64,000 bases of DNA from Tannerellaceae bacterium. Lineage in GTDB: Bacteria > Bacteroidota > Bacteroidia > Bacteroidales > CAMTPD01. A program made the position numbers and the translations under genes. The notes beneath the pieces were generated by a model, which searched no databases, had not been told where the DNA came from, and saw only the letters and a list, made by a program, of their open reading frames with translations. Where the stretch lies: assembly GCA_051656605.1 (NCBI GenBank), contig JBOGCF010000043.1, forward strand, positions 8,366 through 72,365, given 5' to 3'. Below are positions 61,062-64,000 of this stretch, in pieces. Positions within the stretch are counted from its first letter, which is position 1. Each line of letters starts with the position of its first letter.

Positions 61062-62642
61062 CTACTCGCCGCGTTGGTTGGGGTTGAGCTTTTTGTAGTG
61101 GTTGATGCGCTCGGTCCATGGGAGGTATTCGAATGGGAATACGTTTTGTTTGTGGGCCCATTTGTTCCAGCGTTTTTCGAGTTCGGCTACTTTGGCTGGG
61201 TTGGCCTGCGAGAGGTCGTGCTGCTCGAAGGGATCGGTGCTGAGGTTGATGAGTTCCCAGTCTTTTTTGCCGTTGCCACGTACGAGCTTCCATCCGTCGG
61301 AGATGATGGCGCATGAGGTTTGATGCTCGAAATAAAGGTCTCGCTTGGGTAGTTGTTTGCCTTTGAGTGCAGGCAGGAGCGAGGTTCCTTGCAGGGCTAC
61401 CTTGTTGCCGATGTGCTTTTTAGGATACGACACAGAGGCTAGGTCGATGCATGTAGGGAACAGGTCGATGATGTGTGCTGCTTGGTTGCAGATTTGTTGT
61501 TTGCCGGCTAGCGGTGTGTTTTTGCCTCCTGCTATGATGAGCGGTGTGCTGGTTCCGCCTTGATAACACCATTGCTTGTAGCTGCGATAGGGGGTGTTGC
61601 TGAGGTCGGCCATGAGTTGCTTGATGAAGCCGCCTTCGCTGGTAGATCCGTTGTCGCTGAGGAATAGGAAGATGGTGTTGTCGTATTCTCCTTTTTGCTT
61701 GAGGTTTTCTACCAAGGCTCCGATGCCGTCGTCCATGATTTCGATCATGGCTGCATAGGTGGCCATGTCGTTGATCCATTGTTGTTGCTGTTTGTCGCTG
61801 AGTTCGTTCCAAGCGGGGCGTTTGCCGTTGAACTCGCGCTGGTGGAGTGGAAGGGTCATGTCTTGCGGAATGAGTCCTTCCTTTTTGAGTTGTTCGAAGC
61901 GTGCTTGCTTGAGTACGTCATAACCTGCTTTGTAGCGGTCTTTGCATTTTTCGATACGGTCTTTGGGTGCTTCGAGCGGCAGGTGTGGTGCGTAGTGGGC
62001 TACGTACATAAACATGGGCTGATCGAAGTTGTGATGGTTGATGTAGCTCACGGCCGTATCGGTGATGGCTGTGGTGTAATAGTAGTCGTCGGGGACTTGA
62101 TCGATCTTGTCGGTGTTGTGATAGAGTGCTTTGGGTGTGTAGTAGCTGCCTCCTCCGCTCAGACTTCCGTAGTAGTGATCGAATCCGCGTTGTGAGGGGT
62201 AACTGCCATTGGGGCCGTCGAAGGCACCGTCTACCGTAACGTGCCATTTGCCGCTCATGTAGGTGGCATAGCCGGCTGTGCGTAGTACTTCGGCAAGGGT
62301 TGGGATGTTGTCGGCTATTTGTCCGCGATAGCCGGTGCGGTGTTCGTCTACTGCGGTCATCCAGCCTATTCCTGCGGCATGAGGGTAATAGCCGGTGAGT
62401 AGGGAGGCACGACTAGGGCAACTGCGTCCGGCATTTTTCATTTGGGTGAAGCGTGTGCCGTTTTGTGCCAGCTTGTTGATGTTTGGGGTTTCTACTTCGC
62501 CTCCGTAGCAACCGAGGTCTGAGAATCCCATATCGTCGCACATGATGAGTACGATGTTGGGCTGTTTGTGTGTTTGTTGGGCTGTAGCTGTGAGGCCGAG
62601 GCCGGCTACCAGGGCTAGTGTTGTGCTGATTGTTTTACTCAT
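61062..62642 (-). CDS. arylsulfatase-family sulfatase (formylglycine-dependent)
   Basis: Signal peptide, CDDMGFSDLGCYGG and the SCPSRASLLTG (C-x-P-x-R) motif. 526 aa. Confidence 0.93.
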   Translation of the reverse strand: MSKTISTTLALVAGLGLTATAQQTHKQPNIVLIMCDDMGFSDLGCYGGEVETPNINKLAQNGTRFTQMKNAGRSCPSRASLLTGYYPHAAGIGWMTAVDEHRTGYRGQIADNIPTLAEVLRTAGYATYMSGKWHVTVDGAFDGPNGSYPSQRGFDHYYGSLSGGGSYYTPKALYHNTDKIDQVPDDYYYTTAITDTAVSYINHHNFDQPMFMYVAHYAPHLPLEAPKDRIEKCKDRYKAGYDVLKQARFEQLKKEGLIPQDMTLPLHQREFNGKRPAWNELSDKQQQQWINDMATYAAMIEIMDDGIGALVENLKQKGEYDNTIFLFLSDNGSTSEGGFIKQLMADLSNTPYRSYKQWCYQGGTSTPLIIAGGKNTPLAGKQQICNQAAHIIDLFPTCIDLASVSYPKKHIGNKVALQGTSLLPALKGKQLPKRDLYFEHQTSCAIISDGWKLVRGNGKKDWELINLSTDPFEQHDLSQANPAKVAELEKRWNKWAHKQNVFPFEYLPWTERINHYKKLNPNQRGE

Positions 62643-62663
62643 GGTGTATGTGTGTTTATAAAT

Positions 62664-62709
62664 AAAAACCGGATAACTCGGGAGGTTGCTCTCGTGATAT
62701 CCGGTTTTT
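62664..62709 (-). terminator. rho-independent terminator of pheS
   Basis: 12-bp stem AAAAACCGGATA / TATCCGGTTTTT flanked by A/T runs. Confidence 0.65.
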
Positions 62710-62731
62710 GTATGTTATGAGTAGGATAAGC

Positions 62732-63751
62732 TTAGTGTGCCGACTCGAATTGCTCTAAGAAACGCTGGTCGTTTTCGGAGAACAAACGAAGGTCTTTTAC
62801 CTGGTATTTCAGGTTGGTGATACGTTCTACACCCATTCCTAATGCGTAGCCTGAGTATACTTTGCTGTCGATACCGCAGCTTTCAAGTACATTAGGGTCT
62901 ACCATACCGCAACCTAGGATTTCTACCCATCCTGTGTGTTTACAGAAAGGACAGCCTTTGCCTCCACATAGGTTACATGAGATGTCCATTTCGGCTGATG
63001 GCTCGGTGAATGGGAAGTATGACGGACGTAGACGGATTTTGGTGTCGGCACCGAACATCTCTTTTGCGAAGAACAAAAGGGCTTGTTTTAGGTCGGCAAA
63101 CGATACGTTTTTGTCTACATAGAGTGCTTCTACTTGGTGGAAGAAACAGTGTGCACGGTACGAAATGGCTTCGTTGCGGTATACACGTCCCGGACACATG
63201 ATGCGGATAGGAGGTTGTGTAGTCTCCATTACGCGTGTTTGTACCGATGATGTGTGTGTGCGAAGTAGTACTTCCGGTGTGTGTGCTACGAAGAATGTAT
63301 CTTGCATATCACGTGCAGGGTGATCTTCCGCGAAATTTAAAGATGAGAATACGTGCCAGTCGTCTTCGATTTCCGGACCTTCGGCGATACTGAAGCCAAG
63401 ACGGTTGAAGATGTCGCAGATCTCTTTCTTTACAAGAGATAGCGGGTGGCGTGTGCCTAGGTGAATAGGATAGGCTGTGCGTGTAAGATCGATCTCGTCG
63501 TTGCTTCCACTCATGTTTTCAAATGCTTCTTTCAACGCGTTGATTTTGTTTTGCGCTGTATCTTTTAGGATATTAAGCATTTTACCTACTTCTTTCTTTT
63601 GCTCAGGAGCTACGTTGCGAAACTCGTTGAACAATACAGAGATTTCACCTTTTTTGCTAAGGTACTTGATACGTAGTGCTTCTAATTCTTCTGTATTTGC
63701 TGCCGATAGATTTTCTATTTCACCTAGTAGCGTATTTATTTTGTCAATCAT
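62732..63751 (-). CDS. pheS: phenylalanine--tRNA ligase alpha subunit
   Basis: 339 aa. HPARDMQDTFF, class-II motifs FRNEAISYRAHCFFHQVEAL and GYALGMGVERI, and FTEPSAEMD. Confidence 0.96.
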   Translation of the reverse strand: MIDKINTLLGEIENLSAANTEELEALRIKYLSKKGEISVLFNEFRNVAPEQKKEVGKMLNILKDTAQNKINALKEAFENMSGSNDEIDLTRTAYPIHLGTRHPLSLVKKEICDIFNRLGFSIAEGPEIEDDWHVFSSLNFAEDHPARDMQDTFFVAHTPEVLLRTHTSSVQTRVMETTQPPIRIMCPGRVYRNEAISYRAHCFFHQVEALYVDKNVSFADLKQALLFFAKEMFGADTKIRLRPSYFPFTEPSAEMDISCNLCGGKGCPFCKHTGWVEILGCGMVDPNVLESCGIDSKVYSGYALGMGVERITNLKYQVKDLRLFSENDQRFLEQFESAH

Positions 63752-64000
63752 CTTTAAAAGCGTTATTTAATTACGAGTTGAATATTTCGTGCTGCAAAAT
63801 TAAAGGTTTATTTCAAAAACACAATTCTATAGTGTTCAAAATCTATTTTTCATGCGATTAATACATTGTGTTGTTTTTGTGTCATATTGTAAGTGTTTGG
63901 CTGTTTTGTGGTTTACGCTTTGTAGGTTTATTTTAGATTCATCTAGCATAAGGGTTGGTGAAAGTTCTTTTTGTGTGACAAAAACATACTTTATTATTTA

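Noticed and set aside
61008-62247. Several 70-166-aa ORFs on both strands inside the sulfatase gene.
   Set aside because: They are shadow ORFs in a GC-rich gene whose minus-strand frame carries the diagnostic sulfatase motifs.

Overview
This 64-kb chromosomal segment looks like a Bacteroidales (Bacteroidota) genome. Supporting signs are a SusC/SusD pair, many lipoproteins with signal peptides ending in Cys, TAnnTTTG-type promoter boxes, and a VirE-DUF3987 / DUF4248 / HU-like / glucosaminidase cluster. Housekeeping anchors are mfd (12099-15446, -), hcp (40515-42134, +), pheS (62732-63751, -), a GH29 fucosidase and a sulfatase. The accessory content is dominated by two complete CRISPR-Cas loci of different classes. 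The first is type II-C: a divergent tracrRNA candidate at ~21142-21224, cas9-cas1-cas2 at 21304-26432, and 54 repeats of 36 nt at 26545-30073. The second is type I-C: cas3-cas5c-cas8c-cas7c-cas4-cas1-cas2 at 43742-51330, and 32 full plus 1 truncated 32-nt repeats at 51499-53658. Five observations stand out. (i) A translationally coupled three-gene operon (1693-7097) has the architecture of an MksFEB/JetABC (Wadjet-like) SMC complex but no JetD/MksG nuclease gene. (ii) Two tandem paralogous genes of unknown function lie directly behind the II-C array. (iii) Helically phased, inverted TACGGGTCA iterons surround an AT-rich core in a 592-bp gap with no convincing ORF after a primase/helicase-like gene. 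(iv) A 36-nt palindromic element occurs three times: one copy replaces the 3' half of the last I-C repeat, and two copies bracket an AT-rich DUF3800-like two-gene cassette. (v) One CRISPR spacer consists solely of (CA)14. I recognised no integrase, transposase, tRNA or rRNA gene. All family assignments come from motif and architecture recognition by eye; no database search or computation was run.
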